A stretch of 44,526 nt of DNA from an archaeon (GTDB lineage: Archaea > Nanobdellota > Nanobdellia > Pacearchaeales > GW2011-AR1). The stretch covers positions 68,821 through 113,346 of the forward strand of contig JBDRNS010000005.1 of NCBI GenBank assembly GCA_043810865.1. Direction: 5' to 3'. Made by a program: the position numbers and the translations under genes. The number at the start of each line of letters is the position of its first letter. Within the stretch, counting starts at the first letter, position 1. The notes beneath the pieces are model-generated. The model searched no databases. It was not told where the DNA came from and was given only the letters and a program-made list of their open reading frames with translations. Shown in pieces: positions 43,304 through 44,526 of this stretch.

Positions 43304-44526
43304 CTAACACCAACTCCATTCGCCTTTAGAACACATTTCTGTCTGCATGTTTTCAATTTGCTTCTGGAGATTTTGATTTTGGATTTGCAAATCTTCAATC
43401 ATGGATTGTTGTTCTTGGATTGCTTGTAAAGTTATCCATTGAATATCTCCATAATTTAATTTAAGATATCCATCCTCTCCCCTCACAACTAATTCAGGAA
43501 ATATTTTTTGGACATCCTGTGCTATTAATCCTCTCTGCATACCTGTTGCATTAATAAATTTAAATTTTTTTATTTCTAATTTATTAATTTTATCTAAAAT
43601 ATTTTCAAAATTGCCGCTAGTTATATTTTCTTTTAATCTTACATCTGATGCACAAGAACCCAAACTACCTCCGTTATATACTAAACAACCCCAGCTTTTA
43701 GCTACGCTTCCAAGATTTTTCGCATTATCTGTATAAGGGGTTATATCATTTGCGCTAAATTGAAAAGTATTGGTAGTATCAGACATCATAATAAAATTGG
43801 TGCCATCATTATAAAATGTCCATTGGATACCCTCTTTATCTTCAAGACTAAGAGCAGGATTTGTAGAACCACTAATTTCTAATAATGCGTCTGACGATCC
43901 GGAGGTTAATTCAGGCGAAGTCGTCCCGATGCCGACTTCTCCTCCTCCCAGAATAGTCATGAAATTTGTATTACCATCAGAATCTTGAAATTGATATGCA
44001 GTTTCTAAAGAACCCAAGTCAGAGGGTGCTCCTTGTGTGTTTACTTTTCCTGCTCTAAATACAACGGCAGGGACGGTGTCTGTAGGGTCAACTGCTCCAA
44101 TATACCCTCTTAATCCCATTCCTGTACCTGTACCTGCGTCTGAATATCCTGTTATAATTCCGCCACCAACAAGGGCACTCCAACTACCAATAGATACGAG
44201 AACCTCATTATCTACTTCTGTAAAAGTATGACTTACGTCATTATCACTTAGGGTAATTTGGGGGTTGCTTCCCGCACTTGTAAATACATCTAATTGACTT
44301 CTCGGCGAAGTCGTCCCGATGCCGACGTTTCCGCCATCCCTCATTAAAATTAAGGGTCTTGCAGAACTTTCAGTTTGTATCAAAGCATATTCTTTATTTG
44401 TTCCTGCTGTTCCAGACAACCTTAATTGTGCTGTTGCATTTCCTGTATAAATTCCATAAGCATTTGTATTTGTAAAAACATCAAGAGGAACATTTGGCGA
44501 AGCCGTGCCGATGCCGACTCTGTCAT
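43304..44526 (-). CDS. Tail-fibre-like adhesin with VGIGT repeats and C-terminal peptidase S74 (intramolecular chaperone) domain, partial (5' end outside window)
   Basis: Frame open to the right edge; three VGIGTxSP motifs; SDVRLKENI, GLIAQDVQKIFPELV, LNYGDI, AIQEQQ coiled coil, EMCSKGEWSWC*. Confidence 0.88.
   Translation of the reverse strand, partial: DRVGIGTASPNVPLDVFTNTNAYGIYTGNATAQLRLSGTAGTNKEYALIQTESSARPLILMRDGGNVGIGTTSPRSQLDVFTSAGSNPQITLSDNDVSHTFTEVDNEVLVSIGSWSALVGGGIITGYSDAGTGTGMGLRGYIGAVDPTDTVPAVVFRAGKVNTQGAPSDLGSLETAYQFQDSDGNTNFMTILGGGEVGIGTTSPELTSGSSDALLEISGSTNPALSLEDKEGIQWTFYNDGTNFIMMSDTTNTFQFSANDITPYTDNAKNLGSVAKSWGCLVYNGGSLGSCASDVRLKENITSGNFENILDKINKLEIKKFKFINATGMQRGLIAQDVQKIFPELVVRGEDGYLKLNYGDIQWITLQAIQEQQSMIEDLQIQNQNLQKQIENMQTEMCSKGEWSWC

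Noticed and set aside
43304-44526. Prophage call from the tail-fibre/S74 domain
   Set aside because: No capsid, terminase, portal or integrase gene is in the window, and such proteins occur as cellular surface proteins. It cannot be excluded beyond the right edge.

Overview
AT-rich archaeal chromosomal window, most consistent with a DPANN lineage (Pacearchaeota/Woesearchaeota-like). This rests on an unsplit Rpo2, a fused and shortened Rpo1, a C-terminally truncated GluRS, intron-containing tRNAs without encoded CCA, and TATA boxes about 25 nt before many start codons. Housekeeping genes: gltX, hisS, rdgB, dph6, scpA, the PIN-rpoE-spt4-S24e-S27ae cluster, lhr plus its phosphoesterase, and rpoH-rpoB-rpoA-nusA. 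There are four tRNAs (His, Ala, Trp, Lys), all with 37/38 introns. A deoxynucleotide island (20.3-29.3 kb) holds nrdR with tandem NrdR boxes, a class II RNR, a cobalamin adenosyltransferase, dcd, a four-domain MtrA-like/ThyA/DUF4346/dCMP-deaminase fusion and thioredoxin. A family of 150-230 bp intergenic repeats is scattered through the middle of the window. The most unusual structure is at the right end. A tail-fibre/S74-chaperone adhesin gene is followed by four different toxin-antitoxin modules, each preceded by the adhesin 3' end or an orphan copy of it (...C-x-K-(x)n-S-W-C-stop). This forms a cassette array whose delimiting repeat is a gene end. All family calls are from motif recognition, not database searches.
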